A stretch of 64,000 nt of DNA from Vitrella brassicaformis CCMP3155 (lineage: Eukaryota; Protista; Chromerida): positions 1 through 64,000 of the forward strand of contig CDMY01000470.1 in NCBI GenBank assembly GCA_001179505.1. The letters are read 5' to 3'. Each line of letters begins with the position of its first letter. Position 1 is the first letter of the stretch. The position numbers were made by a program, and so were the translations under genes. Below the pieces are notes generated by a model. It made no database searches and was not told where the DNA came from. It worked only from the letters and a program-made list of their open reading frames with translations. Of this stretch, positions 1-13,855 are shown one piece after another.

Positions 1-253
1 TCTGTGTTGACCACCCTTCATGATGCCATACATGGACAGAAACAACTTTGACTGACTGGCCAGTCCATCGGTCTTATTAAAGTAAAAGCACTCTTACTCT
101 GGGACTTACCGCCCAGCAGATCCTCTATTCAGCTAACTACAGGAAAGGTCCTCACCGGCCTTTTTCGCACAAGAGAATTGCGCAAAGGCGCAAAAATGAC
201 TCTCCCGCTGAGCTGCGAGCTTAGCTGCGAGCTCTTGCCAAAGTGAATCCGAA

Positions 254-1637
254 ATGGATGCGTCCGAGGCTTCTACGCATCGCAAGAGCCCAAAGAGGCG
301 GGGGAGGAAGAGCACAGTTCTTGCCCGGTTCAAAGAGGCATTCTCCGACGTCCTTACGGATCTGGAAGACGACGGCGTTGCCTGCGACGTCTGCGGCAGA
401 TCCGACAGCTGGGACGAAGACGGTGAGTGTTTTAAGTGACACTGCTTCCACTTCACCCCCTGGCACTGTGCGAGTTTGTCGTGTTGTGTTGTGTTTGGTT
501 GCTGCGCTGATCAGTCATTCTACTGTGCGACGGGTGCGATGCAGCTGCACACATGCGGTGCTATGGCATCTCCCAGGAGGATGCCGACGCCGATCAGTTC
601 TTTTGTGCGTTTTGCAAAAGGCTGAGGGAGGACCCAACGACCTGCGGGCAGAGGGAGTGTGTGGTGTGCCCGCGGAAGAACGGCATGATGGTGCCGACTG
701 AGGACGGCCGGTGGACTCACGTCATGTGTGCCGTCTGGTGAATGAAAAAAGGAAACAAAGAGGCGAGTAGAAAGGCGCCCAGCTCGTGACTGTTGCGTTG
801 CGCGTTGCCTTGTGTGTGTGTCAGGGTGCCCGAGATGATGGTTGATGTCACCAAGAAGAGGGGCAGCGGCATCGCCAACATCCAGCCCGCCCGCTTCACG
901 GCAGCCTGTCAGATCTGCAAGGAGGAGGGCATCGGCGCCATCGTCCAGTGCGCCGCCCCCAAATGCTTCGCAACGTTCCACCCCATCTGCGGCCGCCTCA
1001 TGGGGTCAGTGGGCTTTTGCAATGGCGATGTCTCTGTTGCATTGTGTGTGTGTCCTCCGTCCATTCCTTCAGTTGGGGCCTTGATTTGGTTATCCAGCTG
1101 GGCGCTGAGGGCACTGAGGCAGACGAGGGGGGCGAGGGCGACTACAAGGCCTATTGCCACAGACACGCATCGCTCGTCTACGCCCCCCACACGGCAGCGG
1201 CAGCAGCAGCGGCGGAGGAGATCTTCATTCCCCTCGAGCACCGGTCCACCGCCAAGAAACACGCCCTGCTAAGAGTATCCCATCTTCTGCGCCGCAACAG
1301 GACGATATGCAACGAGGTCCACAAGCTGCACCAAGAGGGGACGCCGTGGGCTCTGCTGACGAGCGAGCGGCTGCTGTTTGAGTGCCACAAGAACCTGGCG
1401 GCCGTCAGCCGCGAGTGGGCGACCCTGCAGAGGACACAGCCGCCGAAAGTGACGGCCATCCCTGATCTGATTGGTCAAGAAGATGACGGGGAGCAGCGAG
1501 ATGGAGAGGGAGAGTCAGATGAGGCGGTGGATGAGAGGGGAACAGGCGACATGGTAGCCGACATGGATGAGGTGACTGTTGCCAATGGGACCAGAAAGGC
1601 CGTGATAGACAAAGCAACGAAGAGCATCGCTCCTTGA
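254..1637 (+). CDS. PHD finger + extended PHD (PZP-type, BRPF/JADE/AF10-like module) chromatin reader; about 4 exons (254-422, 515-738, ~825-1004, ~1098-1637)
   Basis: Splicing at GT-AG sites joins CDVCGRSDSWDEDVILLCDGCDAAAHMRCYG...FFCAFC (C4HC3 PHD). It continues CVVCPRKNGMMVPTEDGRWTHVMCAVWVPE...CQICKEEGIGAIVQCAAPKCFATFHPICG...YKAYCHRH (Zn knuckle + ePHD). Confidence 0.85.
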
Positions 1638-2021
1638 TCAGTCCGTGTGTTGAGGTCGTTCGTTCAACCGTGGGTCTTTTCTCATTATCGTGATCGATTT
1701 GGGCAGGCAAAAAGAAAACAACTCGGAGGAACAGATGGGATGGATGGCAATGGGGACACTCACTCACTCACCCACTGGTGCCCTCTCCCCCTCTCACTCA
1801 ACTCAGCCCGTATAGATGTGGTGCTGCTCGGTGTTGTTATCGTCACCGCAGCCCGCCGCCGTGCACATCTGCTGCCATAACTTCCGCACTCCTGCACACA
1901 CACACACACACACGTGTTCACTCACCCATGCCCCTATGAATCAGAGAAGGAGGCACAATGCAATGCACCGTCCGTCTCTCATTCCCCACTCCACCCACCC
2001 TCCACTCACGCCATGTACTTC

Positions 2022-4264
2022 TCACGTACCTTCCACAATCCAGCAGCCATGTGTGTGTTCGCCGTTCCTATCCATCTGTCTCGGCACGCTGCTGCTCCCT
2101 CCCGCCACGTCTGCCGGCTGCATGCCCCAATAGCGTGGCATCGTCTCACCACCCGCCCTCGTCTGCGGCGTCAACACGGGTCGCACCTCACTCACGCTGG
2201 CAGTGTTGTTGGAAGCGGGTGTGTGCCAGGGGTCAGTGGGCCACATGGGGGCATCAGATTGATACGCGTAGCGCACCACACGGGGCGGGCGGGACGACGG
2301 CGCAGCGTAGTAGCGGACGTAGGAAGTGGTCTGAAAGGCGGCAGGGGGAGGATGGAATACTGCAGCGGCAACAGGGGCGGGCGGAGGAGTGGGAACCGGG
2401 TAGGGCGCCTGGAAAGTGGGTGGGATAGACACGGGAGGGAACACGGCACCAGCAGGACCAGCCACATGGTGTGCGAATCGGGGAGTGGACGCATAGCGTG
2501 CTGCGAGGGCAGGGAGGGGAGTCATCGCCGGCGGCAGGGGTGACAGGGGCGGCAGGTTGTTGGTGTTGTTATTGTTGTTGTTGTTGGAGGCACTGGCAGC
2601 TGGGCCGGTCGTGACCATCCTGACAGGAAGCGTCGATCGGGAAGGCGCCACGCTCGAACCCTCGGGACCGTCACGAGCAGACCACTGACGCCTGACACAA
2701 GAGAGCCGGCATTGGTCATTTTGCCACCTTCCCTTCTGCCCTCGTGTCTCTCTCCCCGTACCTGGATTGCTGGTCCTCCTCGTGCAGCCTTTGTTGCTGG
2801 TCGGGAGGGCTACCAAACCCACGGCCAAGCGGCCCGCCATTCCCACTCTGGCGCGGTGAGTCCCTGCCCCCTCTCGTGACCACGCCGATCTTGACGCCCG
2901 GCGATCCGTTCTCTCTGCGATACACAGTGCCGTTGCCGATAGACCCTTGGGAAGAGTAGTCGCCTGCACAACGTCGGAAGCGAGACACATGTGTACAATA
3001 AGAAGCCGTCCCCTTCTTCGGTGAGTGAGTGAAGTTTGTGAGCTCCTTAATACCTTCTTGGTTGAGGCTCCCGTGGTTGAAGCTGCCGTGGTTGACGCTC
3101 CTGCTGGCGGGGCTGATGGAGGTCCCCTCTCGGTTGACCTGCGGCGGGCTGCTCCGCTGGTACTGGTCGTGCACGAGCCGGAGGGCCATGGTCATGTCGC
3201 CCCCGGCGGCCCGGACGGCACGCTGCACTATGATGTGGTCAAGGGTGGGGAAGGCTTGCAAGACCACACGGAAACACGCATTCTCAATCTCTGACAAATG
3301 AATGGATCGATCAGACACAAAGACAGTTGAGGTGAGTGTGCGTCTTGTGTCTTCTGTGTCTGTCTTCTGACCATCTTGCTCATACTGCTCCCTCAGAGCT
3401 TCTGCCGTGGGCATGGAGGTCTGTTCGGGGGCGGGTGGGTCAGCAATGGCAGGCAAGGGGCTGCGACGGCCGGTGTTCAGCAGCTGCTCGGGACGCCCTG
3501 CGCGACGACCAAGCCTGACCATCCATCCATCCATCCCGCAGACCAAGCGACGTGTTTTGTTGTCCCGTATCGTGCGTACCTCTCCTGCATCTGGTTGAGC
3601 ATCCCATGTGCCGCATCGCTGGTCTCGCGGATGCGCCTCATGTAGCCTTCAAAGTGCTCACCCGTCCACTCCCCGGTGAAGCTCTCCGCCCCCTGCTGCG
3701 GCGCCTTGTCGCTGGCGTTGCCATTGAGAGCCACCGCTGCCTTGGGCAGTGGAGGAATCGGCGGCCCATTGGTGTAGGGATAGTGGAGATGGGCGTAGTG
3801 CGGGTTGACGGCCTGTCTCATCGCTGGCATCGGTGGCGTGGGCAGCGGCGGGTGCGGGGCGGGCACAGGACCGCCCATGGTGTTGTGCCCCACCATGGCT
3901 GCTGGGTTTGACGGGTGGGTTGCGTGAGTCGGCACTGGAGGCCCGCCGCCCATCTGGAGCGTGCGGGAGGGCGTGCTGCCCGAGTCACGACCGTTGTCCT
4001 GATGGAAACACAGAGAGAGAGGGAGAGAGGTGTGTTTGGGTGGTGGTGGTGATGGTGCTTGTTGTGGTGTCTCTGAGGGAGGGCTTACGTGTCCGCCCTG
4101 CTGCTGGTGGGGGTGCATGTGGTGCCCCTGGTGGTGTCCGCTGCCGTGCTGGGCATGCATGGGTGGCCCGGGGTGGTGCGTCTCATCCGTCGGCGCACAG
4201 AGGAACGGCGTCGACGCGAACGGACTCGACTGGCTGCTGCCCTTCGGGGCGCCCTGACAGACCA

Positions 4265-4300
<36 letters not shown>

Positions 4301-5363
4301 ACACACAAAAGTGGTGGTCGTGGTGATGGTGTGAGAGGGTGTGTGTGTATGGGTACCTGTGTTGACGCAGGGTGCGGAGGACCGCCCATCATCATGTTGG
4401 TGTGGGGGCGATATGCACCAGGGTGATGCCCATGGTGGTGCCCCGGGTGACTCGGCGGCGGGTGGCTGGGCGGTGGCGGGTGCGCCGGTGGGTGGGGGTG
4501 GGGCGGGGGCGCCACGGCCGAACGTGACCGAAAGTGCTGCGCGAGGCCGTGCAGCATCTCATACTCGAGCGTGTCCTGCGGGCCGTCCCCCGAGCCGTCG
4601 ACGCCCACAGCCGCGGCCGATGACGACTGTCCTCCCCCACAGATGAGCGACAGGAGATAGTGAGGGTCCCTTTGGCGCTCTCGCTCCTCCTCGGCGTCCT
4701 TCTGCCGCTGGGCTGTCAGCTCGTGCTCACGCGCACTTTCGAAGTGCAGGTCGCGATTCACCTCAGCCGTGCGCGCCTTCTCGGCCTCGATCAGCCGGTC
4801 CAGCTCTTCTTGCTCGGCCTGCATGCGCGCCTCCTCCTGCCTGACCGCCTCAATCTCCTTATCGATACCGTCGACCGCCACGGCGATGTCGCCCCCGGCC
4901 CGCTCCTCCCTCTCGATGTCGGCACGCAGCCGCGCCAGCTCGGCCGCGTCGTCCAGCTCGCGCACCTCCCTCGCCAGCTCAGTACTGAGGGCCTCTTGCC
5001 GCCATCTTGTCAGATCGTCATGGTCGTGCAGATTCCGGTTCTCGTGCGCGTGGGTGAGCAGCGCCAGCTCAACCTCCATTGCCGCGACCTCGGCCGTCAC
5101 AACAGCCAGCCGCGCGCTGTTGCTCTCGTACTCGGCGGCGGGAGGGATGGCTGGCTCGGGCGACGGAAAGCCTTCACAGCCCTCCCTCTCTGCTGTGGCT
5201 GCTGCCGCCGCCTCGTCCTCGACGTCGTCGAGCTGCTGCATCTCCTCGGGGTCCACCTGCGCCTCGATCTCCTCCTGCAGGCCAGCATAATCCTCCTCCT
5301 CCTCCTCCTCCTCGTCGCCTTGGTATGCCTCCTCTTCCTCGTCAAAGCGGCCCGCACCCTCGC
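2022..5363 (-). CDS. Multi-exon low-complexity protein, 3' part: acidic coiled coil, Pro/His-rich region, CUE-like ubiquitin-binding motif; 5' end lost in gap, stop position uncertain
   Basis: ORFs 4183-5745, 3477-4304, 2716-3546 and 2022-2990 are separated by GT-AG microsatellite introns. The coil reads LAVVTAEVAAMEVELALL...RQEEARMQAEQEELDRLIEAEKAR. The CUE-like motif FRVVLQAFPTLDHIIVQRAVRAAGGDMTMALRLV lies at about 3165-3285. Confidence 0.6.
4183..5363. repeat. Direct duplicate of 16114-17294 (offset 11931), apparently identical
   Basis: Overlapping ORF translations are identical (4341-4646 vs 16272-16577; 4769-5290 vs 16700-17221) and the (CA)n(GA)n tract lengths match. One copy ends at a gap and the other starts at a gap. 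Confidence 0.9.
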
Positions 5364-5663
5364 NNNNNNNNNNNNNNNNNNNNNNNNNNNNNNNNNNNNN
5401 NNNNNNNNNNNNNNNNNNNNNNNNNNNNNNNNNNNNNNNNNNNNNNNNNNNNNNNNNNNNNNNNNNNNNNNNNNNNNNNNNNNNNNNNNNNNNNNNNNNN
5501 NNNNNNNNNNNNNNNNNNNNNNNNNNNNNNNNNNNNNNNNNNNNNNNNNNNNNNNNNNNNNNNNNNNNNNNNNNNNNNNNNNNNNNNNNNNNNNNNNNNN
5601 NNNNNNNNNNNNNNNNNNNNNNNNNNNNNNNNNNNNNNNNNNNNNNNNNNNNNNNNNNNNNNN
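5364..5663. other. Assembly gap (300 N)
   Basis: Run of N. Confidence 1.
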
Positions 5664-6366
5664 GGGGGGGGAGGATGTGGATCGTCGTCACGTGTGGCAT
5701 AGGTGTGTCTTTCCTATATATACCGTGATCAGACGTGCATCTCATGGCGTAATGGCGTCAGTCAAGGCAGTCAGTGCTCCGCCGATGTGTCCTTACTGCA
5801 GGGAGAGAGAGAGGCGAGAGAATGACTTTTATCCAGCCAGTCAGCCAGCCAGGGTCCCTCATGCTCACGTGTGTGTGTGCACCGACTGTATCGCATCTGT
5901 CGTGGCAGTGTGCGCCATCTATCGCTTCTGCCTTTTTATTGGGGGGGCAGTGTCCGTCCGTCCGTCTGTCTGTCTGTCTTTACGAGAGAAGATGGGGCAT
6001 TGCCTGTCTGTCTGTCATAGCTATGTGTGGATTGTGTGCGTTTGCATGGGTGTCTGCCGGCCAGTTTTGTAGAGAAGAGCGACTGACTCACTCATACACT
6101 GACGGACTCGAAGTTTTGGAGGAGAGTCAGGAGGAGAGTCAGGGGGAGAGAGAGAGAGGGGAGAGAGAGAGGCACCTCACATCCATCCATCCATCTGCGG
6201 TGCATGCGGCCCGTCCTCTTTTCTTCATTTTTCGCCGCTGGTTCGGCAGACGATGGCAGCTGGCGCATTCCCTTCCCTACACCCACACCTTATCCATCCA
6301 TCCATCCATCCACCATGTGTGCGCCTTTTATGGCGTTTGAACCACCCATGCTCTTTGCTGCCGTAA

Positions 6367-6401
<35 letters not shown>

Positions 6402-7112
6402 CTTGTGGGTCTTTTTGGTGCCTACATAACATGGGAGATCGCTTCTTCCCTTCCTGTTGCCGCATGGCGTGTGGGAAGGGAACACTGTACGTATGCCGGG
6501 GACCATGGTATGGTGTGAGCGCCTTGAGCGAGCGTCGTGCGCTGAGAGGACGGTTTAAAAAGCTCCACAGGGCGTGTCTGTCCCCCACGCATCATGCGCT
6601 CACGCCACGGACACACAGCCAGAGGGAGGGAGGGAAGGAGGGAGTCAAGGCCTCCCACGCCTCCCTGCCTGTCACGGACACACCCAGAGACAAACATCCA
6701 GTCAGTCACACACACACCACACACACCGTCAAGAAATAGAAAAGGAGGGAGAGACGCAACCACCGCCACCCCCACCACCCCAAGCCCCCACCCCCCGTGA
6801 CAGCTGCCCGCTGCCTGCCTGGCAGCGTAGAATGCGTCCAACACAACCAACGCAACCAACCAACCAACCGACCTGTCTCTCCGCCCCGGCTGTTGCCCCT
6901 GTACGATGCCCCTGTACGAATATCTGACCGTCTGAATGGCTGTCCTGTCTAGGCACTGCAACGCAATCACCCCCACGCACCCACACCCCTCACCCGCACC
7001 CCTCACCCACCCTCCTCACGCACACACACCACACACCACACAGGCACAACACGCGCAGTACACACCAGCAAGCCCAGCCCACGGACCACTGCTCTGCTGT
7101 CCTTCCTGTCTG

Positions 7113-9840
7113 TCAAGAAGATCGGTAGTACAAAACACCACCGCCTGCGTACCCCCCGCCCTCACCATCAACACCACCAGCCCCATCACTCCCCTGCCTC
7201 TGCCTCTGCTGCTGTTGCTGTTGCTGATGCACTTGCTGCTGTAGCTGTTCTTGTGGGTAGTGCTGGGGCCCCCAATACCCCGGACCAGCAGCACCAGCTG
7301 AGGAGGACGGATCAGCACCTGCCCCTGGCCCCTCCCTGCCGTCATCTGCTGCTGCAGGTGCTGGAGCCTGCCCCTCCCCTCCCACCCAATGGTGGTGGTG
7401 ATGATGATGATGCCCATGTGCCGTCTGGTCGTGAGCAGCTGACGGACTGGCTACCGACTGCTGAGGAGGGTAGCCAGGCATGAAGGGGTCGTTGGCAACA
7501 GCTGCTGCTGCTGCTGCTGCTGGTGGCGGCATGCCGTTGTGGGCCACTGGCAGCACCCCAAAGGGAGGCATCGGCACCGAACCTGCTGACGGGGGCACAG
7601 GTATCTGCTGCTGCTGCTGCTGGTGGTGCTGCTGGTTCATCTCGCCATGACGAACCTTCGGCGACGCTGACATGTTAGGAATCTGCCGACTTCGGTTTCG
7701 GGAGCCCGTTGCCGAACCACCCCCAGTAGCAGCAGCAGCAGCGCCGTAGTTGTGTGGACTGGAGCTGCCCTGGGACGCCGCCGAGGCCGAAGCGCCGCCA
7801 GGTTGCTCCTGCGCGTCGCTGTCCGACGGAAGGAACGGCGGGCTGCCCTGACCAAACGGCACTCCGACCCCAATCGCGCCGCCGCCGTGTGCCGCAGCGG
7901 GATGATACTGATACTGATACTGCTGCTGGTGTTGGTGTTGGTGTTGGTGATGATGGGGGACGGCAGCTGCGTAGGCACCACCCCATGGATTCATGTGCGC
8001 AGCGGGGGGCTGGAACATGGTGGGAACCATCCGTGGGCTGCCTGCCGCTGCTTGTGGTGCCGGCTGGTCACCCACCCCTCCCGGAACGCCCCAGAATGGC
8101 ACCGGCGGCCCGCCGTTTGTCTTGGCGTCTGGGAATCCATCCTGGGCGGGGCTGGCATGCTGCACAGGCCGGTAGGGGTGTGTTGGCGGGGATGCATCGA
8201 GTGACGGCGAGGGAGAGGGCGACGGCGACGCAGGTGCCGCTCCCACCGGCCGATACTGCCCTTGCGGCATCAGGGGCGGCATCCCGTAGTGCCCAGCCGC
8301 AGGCGCGAACGCTCCCGCCAGAGGATGGAACTGCCCCCCCATCGCCCCCATACCAGCAGCCCCACCGTGGTGCATCGGCATCACGCCGTTCAGCTCCCCA
8401 GCCTCGTGCGCCACCCCCTGCTGTGGCGCCTCGTCGCTGCCATTGCCATTGAGAGCCGCCGCGGCCTTGGGCAGTGGAGGCTGGAGGGGGGGAAGATCTG
8501 GAATCGGCGGCCCATTGGCGTAGGGATGGTGGAAATGGGCGTAGTGCGGGTTGACGGCCTGTCTCATCGCTGGCATCGGTGGCGTGGGCAGCGGCAGGTG
8601 CGGGGCGGGCACGGCAGAGGGGTGTGGAGGGTGGGGATTGGGGTGGGGCGGGGGCGCCACGGCCGAGCGTGACCGAAAGTGCTGCGCGAGGCCGTGCAGC
8701 ATCTCATACTCGAGCGTGTCCTGCGGGCCGTCCCCCGAGCCGTCGACGCCCACAGCCTGTCCACAGGCCGATGACGACTGTCCTCTCCCACCACAGATGA
8801 GCGACAGGAGGTAGTGAGGGTCCCTTTGGCGCTCTCGCTCCTCCTCGGCGTCCTTCTGCCGCTGGGCTGTCAGCTCGTGCTCACGCGCACTCTCGAAGTG
8901 CAGGTCGCGATTAAGCTCAGCCGTGCGGGCCTTCTCGGCCTCAATCAGCCGGTCGAGCTCTTCCTGCTCGGCCTGGATGCGCGCCTCCTCCTCCCTGACC
9001 GCCTCAATCTCCTTGTCGATACCGTCGACCGCCACGGCGATGTCGCCCCCGGCCCGCTCCTCCCTCTCCTTGTCGTCACGCAGCCGCGCCATCTCGGCCG
9101 CGTCGTCCAGCTCGCGCACCTCCCTCGCCAGCTCGATACTGAGGGCCTCTTGCCGCCATCTTGTCAGATCGTCATGGTCGTGCAGCTTCTGGTTCTCATG
9201 CGCGTGGATGAGCAGCGCCAGCTCAACCTCCATTGCCGCGACCTCGGCCGTCACAACAGCCAGCCGCGCCCTGTTGCTCTCGTACTCGGCGGCGGGAGGG
9301 ATGGCTGGCTCGGGCGACGGGAAGCCTTCATAGCCCTCCCTCTCTGCTGCGGCGGCTGCCGCCGCCGCCTCGTCCTCGACGTCGTCGAGCAGCTGCATCT
9401 CCTCGGGGTCCACTTCTGTCATGATCTCGTCATCCTGATTATTGACGTTGTTGGCAGCTCCACCGTCGCCGCCCTGCTGCTGGTGCTGCTGCTGATGCTG
9501 CTGGTGCAGACCCTCGTTGTTGACAAGGCAGTTGTCTCCGGGATTGTGGTCGCCGTCACCATCGCCTTGACTGCCATCGCCAGGCTGAGGGAAGGGGTGT
9601 GAGGGCATGTTGTTGTCATTGTCACGATCATTGTCATGATCATGGTCAACGTCGATGTCGAGCATGTCGTCCTCTGTGTTGGGCTGTAGGTGTGGTATGA
9701 TGCTGTTGTGTGGGAGGTGGCTCATCATGTGGGGCTGCGGGAGGTGGGGGGTCGTCTGGGTGTTGTGCGTCGGAGTCAGCGTCTGCGCTTCGTTCCCAGT
9801 CAACTCTTCAGCCTCACAACCAAGCGCACCGGTCATCTCC
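7113..9840 (-). CDS. Low-complexity Q/P/A/G/H-rich protein with acidic coiled coil; paralogue of the 2-5 kb / 16-17 kb gene; start and end uncertain
   Basis: The long open frame 7113-9989 contains EGFPSPEPAIPPAAEYESN...LAVVTAEVAAMEVELALL...DTLEYEMLHGLAQHFRSRSAVAPPPHP and PTPPMPAMRQAVNPHYAH, both shared with the other copies. There is a splice acceptor at about 9840. Confidence 0.65.
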
Positions 9841-10447
9841 TGTGGACACACGCACAGAGAGAGAGAGAGAGAGTCAGACAATACAGAAGACACACACACA
9901 CACACAGGCAGGGAGGCAGACTGTCTCATGAGCTGTCTATCCCTCAACTGACCTAGCCCATTCCAGCCTGGCGCCAGAACGGACATCACAACTTCTTCTC
10001 ACACACCCTGCCTGTCTGCCTGCCTGGGTGTCTGTCTTTCATCGTTCGAGGCTTGTGCGCTACGTGTCTGTGTGCGTGTGTGCGTGGCCTCTTTGCTCAC
10101 CGCGCGGGGAGGACGACCCCCACGGAGAAATCCTCTATCCTTCGCGACCCGAAACGCCGAATCTTCAAAGAGCAAGCCCTCACCGCTTGACGATGGTCAC
10201 GCCATCATGCACGTGTGATGCACTCACACGTCCGTCTTTCATCGGAACGTCTGCAGCTCGCGCCCAGTTGAGCGAGCTCGCCTTTGTCTTCTTCGGCGTC
10301 TTCGGCGTGGTCTCTTCTTCGACGTGGAAGGGTGTATTGGAGATCTGGGCTTCAGCAGCAAGGGTACAACACAGCAGCCGCTGCATCCCTTGATCCATTC
10401 CACTTCAGTCGCCATCGTGTTCGTCTCCCTCCCGCAGCTGTGTTTTA

Positions 10448-12455
10448 ATGGCGGACAAGAAGGAGAGCGGCTTGGCGTCGGCATCAGGCAAAGGCGGCGG
10501 GGCAGGAGTGCCGTCCAAGACGCAGACGTCGCTCGAGGGGCTTGTGACCGACAAGCAGGTGGTGGTGCATCCCCTGGTGCTGCTCAGCGTGGTGGACCAT
10601 TACAACAGGGTCGCCACAGGTGCGATTTGACGAACGTGACAGATGTCGCGCAGGGAAGGGCAAACATCGCCAATGGGGATCTCCGTCTTGTCTGTCTGTC
10701 TGTCTGTCTGTCTGGTGTTGTCCCCCTTGTTTGTTCGTTCCTTCAAGGCACCAACAAGCGTGTGGTGGGTACGTTGCTGGGTGAGCTGCACTCTGACGGC
10801 AAGATCCACGTGACCAACAGCTATGCGGTGCCGTTTGAGGAGGACCCGCGGGACCCCTCGGTGTGGTTCGTCGACCACAACTACCATGAGAACATGTTCC
10901 TCATGTTCAAGAAGGCAAGGCATCACTCTCACACACACACACACACACACACACAAAACACACTGTTGTCGTATCTATCGCTGTGTGTGTGTGTGTTTAG
11001 GTGAATGCGAAGGAGCGTGTGGTGGGTTGGTACAGCACCGGGCCGAAGATCCGCCCGGCCGACCTCGAGATACACGAGATCTACAGGCGGTACATCTCGC
11101 AGCCCGTCTACGTCATCGTAGACCCTAAATACAAGGTAGGTTGGTGGGCAAGGCAGACCAGCCGAACCAGCGAGGAGACCAAACCCTCTTTCTGCGCTCT
11201 GTGTCTGTGTGCCTGTGTGTCCGTGTGTGTGTGATTGTGTTCAGGAGGAGCAGCTGCCGACAGACGCGTACATGTCGTTTGAGGAGGCCTCTGCGGACAA
11301 AGTCTTCAGGAGGAAGTTCGTGCACATCCCGTCGACCATCGGTCAGTCACCCTGGACAGACAGGCAGGACACGCTCCACTCCGACGCACTTAGTCAATCC
11401 AATCAGCAGGTCTCAGCTCAGTCTGTCGGTCTGTCGGCTTGTCCGTTCATAATTATGCTCAGACGCGTACGAGGCTGAAGAGGTGGGGGTGGAGCACCTG
11501 CTGCGCGACATCAAGAACGCATCCACCTCAACGCTGGCCACACGGGTTTGTGTATGTGTATGTGTGTGGACACACACACCCACAGGCACACACACGCGCG
11601 GCGCGGCGCGGCCGTCTCCGTCGTGTGTGTCTGCCTGCCTGCAGGTTGCCGACAAGTTGTCTTCGCTGAAGGTGATGATCTCCAAGCTCAACGACATCAG
11701 CGACTACATTCAGGACGTCATCGACGGTATGACACCCACCCCGCCCACTCTCAGTCTCAGTCTCTCTCTCATTCTCTGTGTGTGTGTGTGTGTGTTTGTA
11801 GACAAGTTGCCGGCTAATCCGAAGCTCTTATACAATTTCCAGGACATTTTCAACCTGCTGCCTGACCTCGACAACGAGCAGCTTGTGCAGGCCTTCAGCA
11901 TCGAGACCAACGACATGATGCTCTCGCTATACCTAGGTCAGTCAGTCAGTCAGTCAGCCAGTGGGCAGCCAACTGAACTGCGGCAGGCCAGGCCAGCCAA
12001 GACAACTGTGCATGCCTTACCTTTCCTTGTGTGTGCACACCACACCACACCACACCACTCCTGATATCTGCAGGCTCGGTGATCCGGGCGTCGATGGCTC
12101 TGCACAACCTGATCAACAACAAGGTCGAGAACAAGAGAAAGGCCGAACAGGCTGAACTGGTAGGGGGGCAAACCACACCACACACACACACAAACCCCTC
12201 TCTCTCACACCGCCACACTCACTGCAATCAATCCATGGTTTTGTGTTGTTCACCCAGGAGAAGGAGAAGAAGAAGAGGGACGCCGAGAAGAAGGAGGCCA
12301 AGGACAAGGAGGGCGCCGAGGGGGAGGCCTCTGGGGCGGGGGGCGGCGAGGAGGACAAGACCAAGATGGAGACGGACGAGGGGGGAGCCGACAACAAAGA
12401 GGGCGGGAAGGGCAACAAGGGCGCGGGAGGGGGAGGGGCAGACAAGAAGGGATAG
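10448..12455 (+). CDS. RPN8: 26S proteasome lid subunit RPN8/PSMD7 (MPN domain), about 9 exons
   Basis: Spliced exons give [116 protein letters not shown] and a K/E-rich tail. Confidence 0.97.
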
Positions 12456-13276
12456 ATGGATGGATGGATGGGGTGTTTTACATTCGTCCACTAAGGTATT
12501 GCCATGTTTGTTTGGATCGATACGACCGCCAGACAGTGGCTGCTGTGCGTGCCTTACTGGTGCTGTGTGGAGACTCAGTGATTGAATCACTCATTGAATG
12601 CCGATTCTTCGCAGTGAGTGTGTACGCCATTTTGTAAAGCCGTGTGTGATCAAGCAGCCTGTCCCACTCACCCACACACACAGGCTATGCGACACACACC
12701 AGCATACGAACGGGCGAACGAAAGAACAAAGCAGACGACAACAAACCCCATCGTCAGGCAGACCCTCCCCTCTTCTACTCAAGCATTCAATAAGTGCACT
12801 CACCAGCCAGCCAGCCACCGGGCCACTCACTCACTCAGCCCACCACTATGCCACCATTAATAACCGCGTCTTCGAGGTTGATGAGTTGCCCTCCTCCGTC
12901 GGGGGGTCGGGACTCGCTCCGCGTTCCGGCGGCCGCGTCGCGAAATGCATGCAAAGCCCCCAAGCTCGCATGCAAGCCCCCATCGAAGACGGTACCGAAT
13001 GAAAAAGTCTCGATGGCCCCAATTACGAACGAACAAACGAACACGAACTTCGGGTAAGAGCGTGCCTCGCTCGCTAAAAGCTCGCGAGTCCCGAAATCGT
13101 CGCTGCGCAGCACACTGCAGAGGGGCATCGACACTGGGTAGCGGACGGCCACCTCCATCTGACGATGTGATTGCGATGTGACGATGTGACGATGTCAGCC
13201 CTTGGCGGCGACAAACCGAAATGGCTCAAGCTTCGTTCATCTTCTTAGCCCGTCAACGAGAGCCTCACGGCGGCAT

Positions 13277-13855
13277 TCAAAACCCGAAATGCTCGTCCAC
13301 CCACCGCTGGAAAGTGGCCAGCAGCTCCATCTCGCCACCGGCCTCTAGCTTGACGGCAACACGCGCCCGCTCCTCCCCCTTGACGGAGTCCTCCCCAGCC
13401 TCCATTGGCTCATCCACGGCTTCCCGCTTGAGCTCGGCACACTCCTCCTTCTTGACCGCCCCCTCCACCTTGGCCCTCTTACTACCCGCGCTTTTGCTGG
13501 CGCGCCGCTCTTTGCGGGGCCTCTTGTCGTGCTTGCCGGTGGGTGGATGGTCTGTGGATGGTTGCTGAGAGGCGGCCTTCGCCGCATTGTAGGAAGCGAT
13601 GAGCGCAGCGACGACAGGGCAGTGGCCGCCTGACGAGGCAGCGGGACAATCAGGCCTGGCGCAAGTGGGACACCGCTTGCGACGTCCTCCCTCAACAGAC
13701 GGATGAAACAGGGATGGCGGTGAGAAGAGTGGCGATGGGCCGGCGGAAGGGGGTGGACCGCCAGTACCGATGGGTCCGGACGGCGTCGATGGCACCAGCG
13801 CCCCATCTCCAGCGACGGGGGTGCCTGGGGTCATCCGCGGATCACCCCAATCCAT
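13277..13855 (-). CDS. Hypothetical single-exon protein with a small Cys cluster and basic NLS-like segment
   Basis: 192-aa ORF with ATG start, CPTCARPDCPAASSGGHC and KRPRKERRASK. It lies in a microsatellite-free stretch and has no recognised family. Confidence 0.4.
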   Translation of the reverse strand: MDWGDPRMTPGTPVAGDGALVPSTPSGPIGTGGPPPSAGPSPLFSPPSLFHPSVEGGRRKRCPTCARPDCPAASSGGHCPVVAALIASYNAAKAASQQPSTDHPPTGKHDKRPRKERRASKSAGSKRAKVEGAVKKEECAELKREAVDEPMEAGEDSVKGEERARVAVKLEAGGEMELLATFQRWVDEHFGF

